Source: Cladosporium halotolerans
Lineage: Eukaryota
Assembly (NCBI RefSeq): GCF_011745625.1
Contig: NW_027191458.1
Location: forward strand, 310,001 to 374,000
DNA length: 64,000 bases
Reading direction: 5' to 3'
Part shown: piece by piece, positions 23,133-34,700 of the stretch
Numbering within the stretch: position 1 is the stretch's first letter
Layout: every line of letters starts with the position of its first letter
The notes under the pieces: generated by a model
What the model saw: only the letters and a program-made list of their open reading frames with translations
Told to the model about the DNA's origin: nothing
The model's database searches: none
Position numbers and translations under genes: made by a program

Positions 23133-23632
23133 ACGTTATGTGGCTTGCGCTTAGGTTGCCAAATGGCTTTCGTCAGTCTCAAGAATCACATCAAATAGAC
23201 ATTTCACAGGATGCATTGAACCTTGTGCCACCTGAAATGGATTAAATTCCATATTTCTGCTTGTCGAGACGGCTTAGTGTTGTGTTCAAGTGGAGAACAT
23301 GATTCGCCCTCGCATGCCGATCTGGGACAAAATAGCGCGAGGCAAAAGATGATGGGGTTCCTCGGCTCGAAACCGAGCTCCTCACTTCAGGTTGCTCCAT
23401 CTTTCAAAATGTACATGGATGACCACGGACCGGCTGCGGTGGTCTATACACGCCATGCACCTTTTGGAAGCAATGTTAGTTCAAAGTTGAATCTGAACGG
23501 AGTCAGGGCTCGCTCGTTTCGCCAGGAATTGCATCCAGGCGAGCTTCCGCGACACTCGGTTTTTCTACATTACGTGGATATCGATTACCCAAATACCAAC
23601 GGGAGCTCTGCGCAGGAGTGCCTCTGAGCAAA

Positions 23633-24709
23633 ATGTCTGCAGAGTCCGACATCAGCTCGCACTTGCTCGAGCCACCCGAGCCCGGCGATGAACGGAACGC
23701 TTTCATCAAGCTCGACCCACCTGGCTTCTTCATCAGACATCCGCCCAAGCCTCACTTACTCGAAAGCTTCATCACACCAGACGAGCTGCTTTTTCAGACA
23801 ATCCACATGGGCGCAGCCGTCGTGGATCAAAGTAAATGGATGTTGGTGGTGGATGGACTGGTGCAGAAGCCATTCGCGATCAATCTCGAAGCGCTCAAGA
23901 GGCTACCTTGTCGGACGATAACCTCTCTCCATGAATGCTACGGAAGCCCCCTCAAGCCAGCTACTACTGCACTCTGGCGGATAGGCAACGTTCAGTGGAC
24001 CGGCGTGCCACTCAATCTATTGTTAGGAATTGCAAGGCCACTATCGGAAGCATCATACGTATGGTCAGAAGGGTTGGATTGCGGCGAGTTCGCCGGCGTT
24101 GAATCAGATCGATATCAGAAAGACTTGCCAATGGAGAAAGCGATGAGCGATGAAGTCCTGTTGGCATTCGAGATGAACGGGAAGCCGCTTTCCCAGAAAC
24201 GAGGAGGGCCGGTGCGTTTAGTGGTGCCCGGATGGTTCGGTACGAATTCCACCAAGTGGATTTCGAGGATCACTTTGCAGGAGCACAGGGCTACTGGACC
24301 TTTCACGACGAGGTTCTACAACGAGCCGGATCCCTCTGGTCCAAAAGGCGCGATGCGGCCGGTGTGGAGTGTTGAACCCAACTCGATGATTGTCAAACCC
24401 CGACCGGACGAGAAATTGACCAGTCTTGAGGTACGAGTCGAGGGTTGGGCGTGGAGTTCAAGAAACGACAATACTGTTGAGGTTAGTTTTGACGATGGCC
24501 AGTCATGGATGGGCGCCAAGGTGGAGCCGCGCGTGGACTTTAGCTGGCAAAAGTTCAGCTTTGTGACAGCTCTCGACTCAGGCAATTATAAAGTGATGGC
24601 GAAGGCGACGTCGCGTGATGGCCTTTCGCAACCACTAAGTGGAAGGCGGAATCATTGCCATAGTGTAGCATTTCGTGTTACAGGAGATGCTGTGGATGCT
24701 ATTCAATGA
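23633..24709 (+). CDS. Sulfite-oxidase-family molybdopterin oxidoreductase (Moco plus dimerisation domains, no haem domain), intronless
   Basis: W.L.VDGLV, ECYG (Mo-ligand Cys position), GNVQWTGVPL, LLAFEMNGKPL...RGGPVRLVVPGWFGTNSTKW, GWAWS and VEVSFDDGQSW. Confidence 0.92.
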   Translation: MSAESDISSHLLEPPEPGDERNAFIKLDPPGFFIRHPPKPHLLESFITPDELLFQTIHMGAAVVDQSKWMLVVDGLVQKPFAINLEALKRLPCRTITSLHECYGSPLKPATTALWRIGNVQWTGVPLNLLLGIARPLSEASYVWSEGLDCGEFAGVESDRYQKDLPMEKAMSDEVLLAFEMNGKPLSQKRGGPVRLVVPGWFGTNSTKWISRITLQEHRATGPFTTRFYNEPDPSGPKGAMRPVWSVEPNSMIVKPRPDEKLTSLEVRVEGWAWSSRNDNTVEVSFDDGQSWMGAKVEPRVDFSWQKFSFVTALDSGNYKVMAKATSRDGLSQPLSGRRNHCHSVAFRVTGDAVDAIQ

Positions 24710-25081
24710 AGCAAAGACCATTGGAGGCAGGATATTGACCCACACCAATCATGGTGTACATCAACAAAGTGGAAGACTTATGCTGTAATTTTGCCTGTAC
24801 GTGTAGTATGCAAGCATGCTCCCAATCAGGCAGCTATGCGAAGTGAATCACTCCGGCTTACCTTCCGCTTCCGCTTCAGCCTCCCCTCCGCCGCCAAGCC
24901 CAAGATTTCACGCGGCAAGTCACGAATTGTGCGAAGAAGTCAACGGCGAGCATAGGAGCGTCCCTCGCCGCAGTAATTCCCGAGAAACCCGCCAGATCGC
25001 GCACGAGGCCGACCCGCGACCGCGAACTTCATCAACACCCTCGACGAATCGACCGCGCGCCGCCCGCATCCTCACACAACC

Positions 25082-26380
25082 ATGCCCGGTCTTCCTAAGC
25101 TCTCCCTCGTGGAGGGTTCCTTCGAGGAACTCGCGCTCGAGCTCGCCGTCTACATTGATGGCATGAAGGGCGAGAGCTCGACAATCGCCGCCGACATCAC
25201 TCCTCTTCTTAAAGACCCGGAGCAGGAGGGAAGGCCACAGGAGTCGAACAAGGATGCCGTGCTTAAGAAGCTCGTGACTTCCAGCGCTATCCTCAACACT
25301 GCCGCCGAGAGGGAACTGCAGGCTGCATACAACCTCCTCATTCACCTTGTGTCGCTCTCAGAAGACCCCGAGACCTACCTCCCGCCTATCTGCAAGAACC
25401 TCACCCAGCCCATCACCTCCTCCCCCGCGAACGGCACTGGCATCGCTCTCGGCATCTTGGGCTCCATTTTCAACACCATTGACCCCGATGACGAGACGCG
25501 CTTCTACGTTCTCCTTGCGATCGTGGACATGATCAAGAAATCTGGCAACTACGACACCCTGGCACCGCAGCTCAAGAGCCTGGATGCGTGGGTAGCGGAG
25601 TGGGAGCTGAACCCCGCGGAGCAGAGGAAGCTCTACCTTGCCATTTCCGAGACCGCCGCCGCGTGCAAGAACGCCGAGTCTAGCTACACATACCTTCTGA
25701 AGGCACTCAGGACAGTGCAGGACGACGCAACCTCCAAGGAGGCCCACGACCTCTCCCTCAAGGCCCTCAAGGCCGCCCTCCAGAAGGACAAGCAGTTCGA
25801 CTTCCAGGATCTCACTTCCCTCGACAGCGTCCAGGCCCTCCGCAAGAGCGATCAGACCTGGTCTGAGCTGCTCGAGGTCTTCAGCGCCGAGAACTTCGAG
25901 GATTTCTCCGACTTCAAGGAGAGCAACGGCTCTTTCCTTTCCGACAACAACCTGGACGAAGACGCGCTTGACCGCAAGATGCGTCTGCTCACTCTCGCCT
26001 CGCTCGCCGCCCAGGCATCACAGACCCGCACCCTTCCCTACGCCCAGATCGCCAAGGCCCTTAACGTGCCTACTGACGACGTTGAGATGTGGGTCATCGA
26101 CTGCATCCGCTCCGGCCTGGTGGAGGGCAAGCTCAGCCAGCAGAAGCAGGAGTTCCTCATCCACCGCAGCACCTACCGCGTATTCGGCGAGAACCAGTGG
26201 CGCGAGGTCGCCAGCAGACTGGAGAACTGGAGGAGCAGCCTGGTCAACGTGCTGTCCGTGATCCGCACGCAGAAGGAGGAGTTCATCCGGGAGAAGGAGG
26301 CCGAGCTCAACGCGCCGCAGAACGGCCAGGGCTACAGGCCCAACATGCGCCAGAGGAATGCGCCTGTCGAGGTCGAGTAA
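25082..26380 (+). CDS. EIF3M: Translation initiation factor eIF3 subunit M (PCI domain)
   Basis: LVEGSFEELALELAVYID start, ERELQAAYNLLIHL, and PCI block RKMRLLTLASLA..VEMWVIDCIRSGLVEGKLSQ..HRSTYRVFGENQW; strong codon bias. Confidence 0.95.
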   Translation: MPGLPKLSLVEGSFEELALELAVYIDGMKGESSTIAADITPLLKDPEQEGRPQESNKDAVLKKLVTSSAILNTAAERELQAAYNLLIHLVSLSEDPETYLPPICKNLTQPITSSPANGTGIALGILGSIFNTIDPDDETRFYVLLAIVDMIKKSGNYDTLAPQLKSLDAWVAEWELNPAEQRKLYLAISETAAACKNAESSYTYLLKALRTVQDDATSKEAHDLSLKALKAALQKDKQFDFQDLTSLDSVQALRKSDQTWSELLEVFSAENFEDFSDFKESNGSFLSDNNLDEDALDRKMRLLTLASLAAQASQTRTLPYAQIAKALNVPTDDVEMWVIDCIRSGLVEGKLSQQKQEFLIHRSTYRVFGENQWREVASRLENWRSSLVNVLSVIRTQKEEFIREKEAELNAPQNGQGYRPNMRQRNAPVEVE

Positions 26381-26824
26381 GCGTTGTCGGTTTGTTCGGG
26401 TTTAATGGAGTCTTTTTTGGGACAGCGGGAAGATGCATTGCAAAGTTTATTACGGTTAGGCAGATGAGACGAGACGTCGGTCGGGATATATCGGATTCTC
26501 TCATCGCGCTCGGCATCCGAAAGACATTGATGATTCAATGAAAAGACATTATTCAGCTCTGTAAGATCTTTATTGCATTTTTATTGTTCATTCGTGGGAG
26601 AATTGGTCTGAAATGAGTGATACACGGTACATAGAAGATGCAGCCTTCGAGCCACTGACTTGGTAGCAGCGACGAATGTCCATATCCGTCGAAACGCCGC
26701 AAAAACTATACTTACTCTCCGAGCAGTTTCTCGTATTCAGCAGCCTGATAAAGTCACCCACGACGCCCATTATCCCAACCAACTCCTTCGACATCCCGTC
26801 TCATCCCATCTCAGTCATCAAAAC

Positions 26825-28115
26825 TCACCGCTTCTCCCCAACCTTCCCCCTAATCAAACCCCACCACGCCACCAACATCTCCACGCGACACAGCAGCAGG
26901 AACGCCTCGACGCCCACAAACCCCAGCACGAACAGCGTCGCGACCGCCAGGCTCTCCGGCAGGATGAAGGCGCGCGTCAAGCCCAGGCACTTGTTGCGGT
27001 CCTGGCTGCTGATCAGGCACACGATCCAGGGGATCAGCTCGTCCGTGTTCGCGAACGCCCGCCGCGTCAGCTCGTCGTCGAACACGATGAAGACCACGCA
27101 GACCATCGCCGTCGTCGCGATGGCGACCGCCACGATGGCGAGCGAGCGCCATTGCAGCGCGAGGGCTTCGTAGACGCGGCGGGCCGTGGCGCGGGCGGTG
27201 CGCGAGCGCGAGGAGCCGGTTAGGGATTCGGCTTGTGAGCTGTCGGCGGTGGGCGTACCGTGCAGGCGGCTGGTGAGGTAGACTTTGATGCAGTAGGCGA
27301 AGGTGGCGGCTTGTAGGAGGCAGGCGAGGGCACCGAAGGCCAGCAGCCAGCCCCAGTAGGTACCGATGGAGCCGACGTTGACGTGGCAGTAGCCGCCGAA
27401 GCGGTAGGAGACGCCGGCGTGGGCGAGTGTCGCGGCGGTCAGGGCGACGGTGATGGTCAGGGCCGCAGCGTTGGCGATCCAGTAGCTGATCTTGCCTGGC
27501 ATCCAGGCCCAGCAGATCTGCAGGTGCATGAAGAGAGCGCGGATGAGCACCCAGGTCACGAGGAACATGCCGCCGAAAGCGGCGAAGGCACCGCTGAAGG
27601 CGCAGGTGAGGCTGGAAGATTGACCATGGGGCGTGATGGGATCGAAGCATTGATGAGGTTGGCGGGCGAGGGGGATGAGGAAGCCGAGCTCGAGGAGCAT
27701 GAGACCGACGAGAAGTATGATGTTGAGATAGGCGCGGCGGCTGACTTCGACGGGTAGGACGATGTAGGATATCATCAGGATGATATTGAGGATGAAGCCG
27801 GTTACGTGCACCCAAGCCGCGCCGTCCGTATGTCGTTTGAAGTTGTCGCCATAGACCCAGTCGAAGACAGGGCAGGGAATGCAGCACGAAGACCCGTTAT
27901 TGCTGATGTCCAATGGGTTTGGAGCACAGTTGCGGCCGGGAAAGACTTGTCGTGCTCTATTAGCTGGGCCGTTGCAATTCCTGGGACCGGAATACCAACA
28001 TACAGCCTCCTTTGTATGGATGCAGCGATTCGGCGATGAATGGTCTGGGGCAGCCGCCGCCGTCTACGTTTCCCAGGTTTCCTAAGAGGGTCAAAAGATC
28101 GTTGTTGGTAGCCAT
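26825..28115 (-). CDS. 7-TM GPCR-like protein with a Cys-rich ectodomain (resembles the GprM/MG00532-type class); exons 28004-28115, 26825-27945
   Basis: CPRPF..GG|FFPGRNCA..CCIPCPVFDWVY followed by seven hydrophobic helices with loop cysteines (QCFDPITP, TCAFSGA, GGYCHVN, CL....DRNKCL). The class assignment is from memory. Confidence 0.8.
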
Positions 28116-28726
28116 TGATGTTGATCAGACCAATCTGATTCGAAGATGCATAAACTTAGGGCAGGATATTTTGAATCATAACGAGGCGTCGAGGCTTCCA
28201 GGATCCCGGATGATCGTCTGTGAACAAAGGACACATGGCGCGGCGCATGTCAATAGAACAGTCGTACCGATCCATTCCTCCGAGATGTACATTCCAGGGC
28301 CTTAACCCAGCAACCACAGCCCAGCAAATCCGAGGGACCAGAATGACCGAAGCGTCGATAAAGGAATAAGTCCACGTTTGAAGAGACTCAGTGTTGGTTC
28401 AACCGGCGGGTGGCTTGATGAAGCGTGTGTGCTTTGCTACAGGCGGCAAGCTGAAAAGCTGCAACAACTGTTGAGTTGTCCACAACCTCGTGTACGGCAA
28501 TCTATTGCAGCTTAATGCCGCAGTAGGCAATACCAAAAACCTGAGCGTAATGGCACTATGGTAAACGATTGAAGCGTGCAAGTGGTTGGAATTGTAACAT
28601 GCAAAGTGGTATCCATTTGAACAATTAAATGACCATTTCTTATAGTCATACAATCAAACGCCGCGATCCAATAAGTTCCCAGTGTCGGTCGTCATCCAAT
28701 ACATTCGTCTTGTCGTCGTAACATCA

Positions 28727-29060
28727 TTACTTGCTGTTGGCAGTGCCCCTGGTGAACCTTTTCCATGTGTTAGTACTCTGATCGCGCAAGTTGAGGTCTC
28801 ATTTTTATCGTCAATGACGTACTTGTTCCACATGTCACCGATGGGACCAGCTCCTCTGGGGACGGTCTGCTCCTCGAGGCTTGCCCTGCGAGCGGCGGCG
28901 TTGTCGTTCTGAGGGTCACGCTTCATGTTGGTGATCTTGTTGAAGAGCTCGCCAGACTGAGAAGAATTGTTAGTCTACATCAAGCGGTGAGTTTGCTTCA
29001 GTGAAGACGTACAGAGCGACGGTGGCCGTCAGTGGGGGTCTTGTTGTTCTGAGCGTCCAT
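28727..29060 (-). CDS. 70-aa Con-8-like (conidiation/stress) small protein; exons 29013-29060, 28823-28956, 28727-28757
   Basis: Spliced MDAQNNKTPTDGHRRSSGELFNKITNMKRDPQNDNAAARRASLEEQTVPRGAGPIGDMWNKFTRGTANSK*. The pattern RRSS..F.....KR...AARRxS..EQ...G.MW..FTRG resembles Neurospora CON-8-like proteins (from memory). Confidence 0.8.
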
Positions 29061-30319
29061 AATGGCTGGTGTGTTGGACAGAGTGGTTGTTAGGTAGATT
29101 GATTCCTTAATGTGTAGAACGGTGGAAGCGTGATAATGGTGCAACAGAGGTAGATGCAAGAGAAATGATCAAAGAAAAGAGCAGTCCATCCCAATTGCTC
29201 TATCTATACCACCAGCACCCCAGCCCGTCCCATCGGTCAACCCCTACCAGACGATCGCAAGCCCCTTCCATCATCGGGGTCCACGTACGACTCCTGTAGG
29301 TCATTCTTAACGGCTGCGGACCTGGCTCCAAATCAGATGCCCTGCGTAATAATCCGCGCCCCGAGCCACCTCGCGTGCAATGCGGCCATCGACTCCCCGC
29401 AGGAAGTGCTGAGGCGGGCCAGATCGCGCCTGCGGATCGTCGCGTGCCTGGATCGAAAGGCCGACCGCACCCCACCGACTCGGCGCCATTGGCTATTTTC
29501 GCGGGTAGGATCCAGGGACGATCTGATGTGATGAGATCAACGATCTTTGACAGGAATCTAAGCTTTCTGTTCGAGGCATGTGCTTCAACGCTGACGCTGC
29601 ACTTGACGTCATGGCCGTTGGCTGCAAGGGAAGTGAAACGCTGATGGTCGTATTTTCTGTACCCTTTGGTGGTGAGCGCATGGAAACCCTGGGGAAAAAG
29701 CATTTCCCTGCGTTTGGGAGTGCATGCGTTGCTGCCGATGGGTTCTGGGATCGGCCCGTCGAGACGACTGCGATGACGACTCTACCTCGATCCGGGCCTT
29801 CGTGTCTGATAATTCGTGTTCCCAGGGCCTAGGGCGATCGAGCGGCGCAGGTAAACTGTATGCAAACCGATAGAGCTCACGAGGAACCGTACGATGTAAG
29901 GGCACCTGTCGATGCTGAGATAGCAGATGTCATTGATCCCTGACAGGTGTCCATCGAGGATCTAGATGTTTCACGCCGGACTTCAGAGTCGCAAGCATAG
30001 ACAGCAAAGCGGCCGAGGTAATCATTTGTCTACATATTGCAATTCCGGTTTGTATTAATCTGGTAGAGTCTTGACGCTAAAACGATTGACGTACATCATT
30101 CGGTCATGCCTTACAACACATTTGTTCTCGGGTTCTTCGCATCAACCTACCCATGTTGGCCTGATGATGATTGCTCGGCCAGAAAGCCATCGAGAAGGGA
30201 GAAAAGAGTGGTAGTGAAACATCTCCTTGTTACTTCGACGCAGCGTACGACTAGGCCAGCCGACCGCTCGTCAATAGCGCCGCGTATCCGGCAGCGACAT
30301 TTTTGCATCAAAGTCTTTC

Positions 30320-31512
30320 AGATGCCTTTTGCGGATTCCAGTGGGGATGGCAGCACGTCGCTCTCCACCTCGTTGTGGCTCCCACAGATTTTACTTAGCC
30401 TGAATGTAGATGGCGTGACGATCTCCCTGGATCAAACTGATTTCTCATCATGTTGAGGCAGAGCATAGCATGTCACATCCTCTAGTATTGCTCAATCATG
30501 GATCGTGGGCACGAACTTCCTTTCACCAAAGTCCGGAAGCAATGGCAGCACCCTAGACGCACTCACATGACCCTCATGTCACTCGTCTCCTTCCAAATTC
30601 CCGGCTTCGAAGATCTCCGACACAAACTTGTTTCTTCTCAATCTACAGAAGAAGGTAGCACGCTGACACATCTCGAATCATTCAAGAGCCCATTGCCCCC
30701 GTAAGAACATATCTCCGAGCCAGAACTGCTTCTCATGAGTCTACAGGAGAGGAAACCACTCGTGTCTCTCTCACATTACACCATTACATCTGGACTACTC
30801 ACCCGTCCCTAGTGTCAGGGCTCCCCGCGTCACCTGTTTTATCTGTGTTTGATCGAGAGGGGATGGCAGCAGCTCAATACATCCTTCTCAATGCCAAACC
30901 AACCGTCGAAGCGCTCTCCGACCTAGAAGCACTTCTTAGTAGTCTGTGGGAGATGGTAGCACGCTCATGTTCATTACCTTTCTTGACACCATTCTCATGG
31001 CACAGAGATCTCCTCCCGACAAACTTGCTTCCCGTCGATCTAGAGAGGATAGTAGCACGTCACCTTGGCCCGATTGCGTCGAGAGAACATTTGTGCACAC
31101 GAAAGATACATGCCAACAAAGAGCCCTTCTCCGCCCCGGCAACGTTCCTTGTCAGAATCCAGCGGCGATGGTAGCACCTCATCTCCCTACGCTCCTCGAG
31201 AAACAAACTGTGTCCCGAGAAGTCAGTTTTGGCAGGCTTCTCCGCCCAACAATCGCTTCTCAGTAGTCTAGCATCGATGATAGCACCTCACTAACCCTCA
31301 CATCCCTTGAGAACGAATCAATTTCAGAAAGTCAAAACATACGGGCTTCTCCGCCCAAAAATAGCTTCTCAATAGTCTAGCATCGATGGTATCACCTCAC
31401 ATTCGCTTAGTTCCCCCTGAAAACGAACAAATCTCAGGAAGTCAAAGCAAACATGCCTCTCCGAGCCAAAATTACCTTTTCTGCAGTCCAGCACCGATGG
31501 TAGCACCTCAAA
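30320..31512 (+). repeat. Degenerate tandem array, ~12 units of ~80-120 bp
   Basis: Core GATGGTAGCAC-like motif at ~30346, ~30460, 30541, 30651, ~30749, 30862, 30952, 31048, 31167, 31276, 31385 and 31496, usually preceded by TCTCCG..A..GCTTCT...AGTCTA. Segments 31236-31291 and 31345-31400 match at 51/56 by manual count. Confidence 0.85.
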
Positions 31513-31730
31513 TCCCCTTTTCTCACCCGAGAGCCACACAATCCGAACACGTCCAAAACAGCACATCACCAGCGCCAGGCATAACGTTTCAACAGAAAAT
31601 TCATTACATCGTCCGATACCTATCAAAAAATCGACCCGAAAGGGGCAGAAGCCCAGGATTCCTGAATCCAAACCTGTAGCGCCCAGCGAAGAAAACCCAC
31701 AAAAAAAAGTTTCCCCTCTACGCGAAGCGT

Positions 31731-34700
31731 CTACTTGACGATCTTGCAGACCAGGTCCTGGCTGTCGACCGAGTCGCCCTCCTTGACGCCGAGCGAGCCG
31801 ATCTTGCCGGAGTGCGGGGCGGAGATGACCATTTCCTGCAAATCGTCAGCAAACCTGATATCAGCCACAGGGGGCGTTGTACATGTAAGACTTACCATCT
31901 TCATAGCCGAAAGCACCGCAACGGGGTCGCCCTTCTGCACCTCGCTGCCGTCCTTGACGCGGACCTCGACGACGACACCCGACATGGGGGCGCCGACCTG
32001 CGAGCTGTCGGAAGTGTCCGCCTTGGGGCGGGACTTGTTCTCGACGGCGGCGTGCTGGTCGTCGACGGTGACCTGGCGGACCTCGCCGTTCATCTCGTAG
32101 AAGACCTCGCGCTGGCCGGTCTGGTCGCTGAGCGGACCGATAGCGAGCAACTTGAGGATGAGAACCTTGCCCTTCTCGAGCTCGACCTGGAACTCCTCGC
32201 CGATCTCCGGGCGGTTGAGGAAGTACTTGGTCGGGAGGACGGACAGGTCGCCGAACTTGTCGGTGAACTTCTTGTAGTCCTCGAAGACCTTGGGGTACAT
32301 GGCGTAGGAGGCGACGTCGGTCTCGGAACAGCCGCCGAACTTGTCCTTGAGCTCCTTGCGGATGGCGTCGAAGTTGAAGGGCTCGAGGTAGAGGCCGGGG
32401 CGCTTGTCCATCTTGCGGCGGTCGCGGAGGGCCTGGGAGCGGAGGGGCTCTGGGAAGCCGCCGTACGGCTGGCCCATGAGGCCCTCGAAGAACTCGAGGA
32501 CGGAGGAGGGGAAGTCGAGCTCGGGGGCCTTGCGGAGGAGCTCGTCGGCGGTCAGGTTGTTGGAGACCATGAACTGGGCGAGGTCGCCAACGACCTTGGA
32601 GGTCGGGGTGACCTTGACAATGTCGCCGAGGAGGTCGTTGGCCTGCTCATAGGCCTTCTTGGTCTGGGCCCACTGGGCGCCGAGACCCTGCTGGGAGGCC
32701 TGGAAGATCAGGTTGGTGAGCTGGCCACCGGGGATCTCGTGCTCGTAGACCTCGGGGTCGGGGCCAGTGAGACCGGCCTCGAAGGGAGAGTAGACGAGGC
32801 GGACCTGGGCCCAGTAGCTGTCGATAGCACGGAGGTGCTGGGCGCTGAGACCGGGGTCAAGGTCGCCGCCCTCCAGGGATGCCGTGATGGCACCGATAGA
32901 AGGCTGAGAAGTCATGCCGGACATGCTGTCAGTGGCAGCATCAACGGCGTCCGCGCCGGCCTGGGCGCAGGCGACCATCGAGGCAACACCGGTACCGGCA
33001 GAGTCGTGGGTGTGGACGTGGATGGGGAGGTCGGGGTACTTCTTCCTAAGAGCGCCAACCAGGAGAGTTGCCGCACGAGGCTTGAGGACGCCAGCCATGT
33101 CCTTAATGCCTAGCACGTGCGCTCCCATCTTGACGATCTTGTCCGCCACGTCGAGGTAGTATTCGAGGGTGTACTTCTTCTCCGGGTTGAGCATGTCACC
33201 TACGAATCGTTAGCCGATGGTACTACCACGAGTGTCAGTGAGAAAGGGAGACCAGCCTGAATAACACAATGTTCCTTCAGCGATAGCGCCAGCCTTGAGA
33301 ACAGCCTTAATGCCAACCTCCAACTGGTTGACATCGTTGAGAGCGTCGAAGACCCTGAAAATGTCCATTCCGTTCTTCTTCGCCTGCTCGCAGAAATGGT
33401 AGATAGCATTGTCCGGCAGCGACGAGTACGCGACACCGTTGGCGCCACGCAGCAGACACTGGAAAGGAATGTTGGGCACGAGCTTCCTCATCTTGCGCAG
33501 ACGGTCCCAGGGGTCCTCGTACAGGAAGCGCATGGCGACGTCGAAGGTCGCGCCGCCCCAGCACTCGAGGGCCCAGGCGTTGCTGAGCGCGTAGGAGGTC
33601 TCGCGGGCGATGTTGCAGAAGTCGACGGTGCGGACGCGGGTGGCGAGGAGGGACTGGTGGGCGTCGCGCCAGGTGGTGTCCATGATGAGGCAGCCCTTGT
33701 TGGCGCGGACGGCCTTGACGAAGGCCTCGGGCCCCTGCTCGACGATGATGTTGCGCCAGCCCTTGGTGCAGGGGGCGGAGGTGTCGATGGGCTTGCCGTC
33801 GGGGCCGGCGATGGTGGGCATGATCACGTCGCCCTTGAACTTGGACTCGCCGATCTGGCCCTTGATCTGGGAGCCGTTGACGGCCAGGTCGCCGAGGTAG
33901 GTGAGCAGCTTCTGGGCGCGGTTCTGGCTGCCGATGAGCTTGAAGAGCTCGGGGGTGTCGTCGATGAAGGTGGTCCAGCAGGTGCCGTCGATGAAGGTCG
34001 GGTGGGTGAGGAGGGAGGCAAGGAAGGGGATGTTGGTCTTGACGCCGCGGATGCGGAACTCGACCAATGCACGGAGCATCTTTCTGCGGGCGATCTCGTA
34101 GGTCGAGCCCTGGCAGGTACACTTGACAAGCATAGAGTCGTAGTGAGGGGTGATGATGGCACCAGCGAAACCGTTGCCACCGTCGAGACGGACACCGTTG
34201 CCACCGGCAGAGCGGTAGACCTCGATCTTGCCGGTGTCAGGCTTGAAGCCCTGAGAGGGGTCTTCAGTGGTGATACGGCACTGAATGGCAAAGCCACGAG
34301 TGGTGATGCGGTCCTGGGTCAGACCAAGCTGCTCGAGGGAGGCACCGGCAGCGATCTGGATCTGAGCAGCGACAATGTCGATGCCAGTGATCTCCTCAGT
34401 AATGGTGTGCTCAACCTGAATACGCGGGTTGATCTCGATGAAGTAGTAGCGGTTCTGTTGGTCAACCAAGAACTCGGCAGTACCGGCGTTGCGGTAGTTG
34501 ACAGACTTGGCGAGCTTGACAGCATCAGCAAGAATGGCATCCCTGGTCTCAACAGGGAGATCCTTGGCCGGAGCAAGCTCGACGACCTTCTGGTGTCGTC
34601 GCTGAACGGAGCAGTCACGCTCGAACAGGTGGACGACGTTGCCGTGGCTGTCACCAAGGAGCTGGACCTCAATGTGCTTGGGCTTGTGGAGGAAACGCTC

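Noticed and set aside
21659..24709. Secondary-metabolite cluster (methyltransferase plus oxidoreductase)
   Set aside because: No backbone synthase, transporter or pathway regulator nearby.
30320..31512. CRISPR array interpretation of the repeat/variable alternation
   Set aside because: Eukaryotic genome with no cas genes; the repeats are too degenerate and neighbouring 'spacers' resemble each other.
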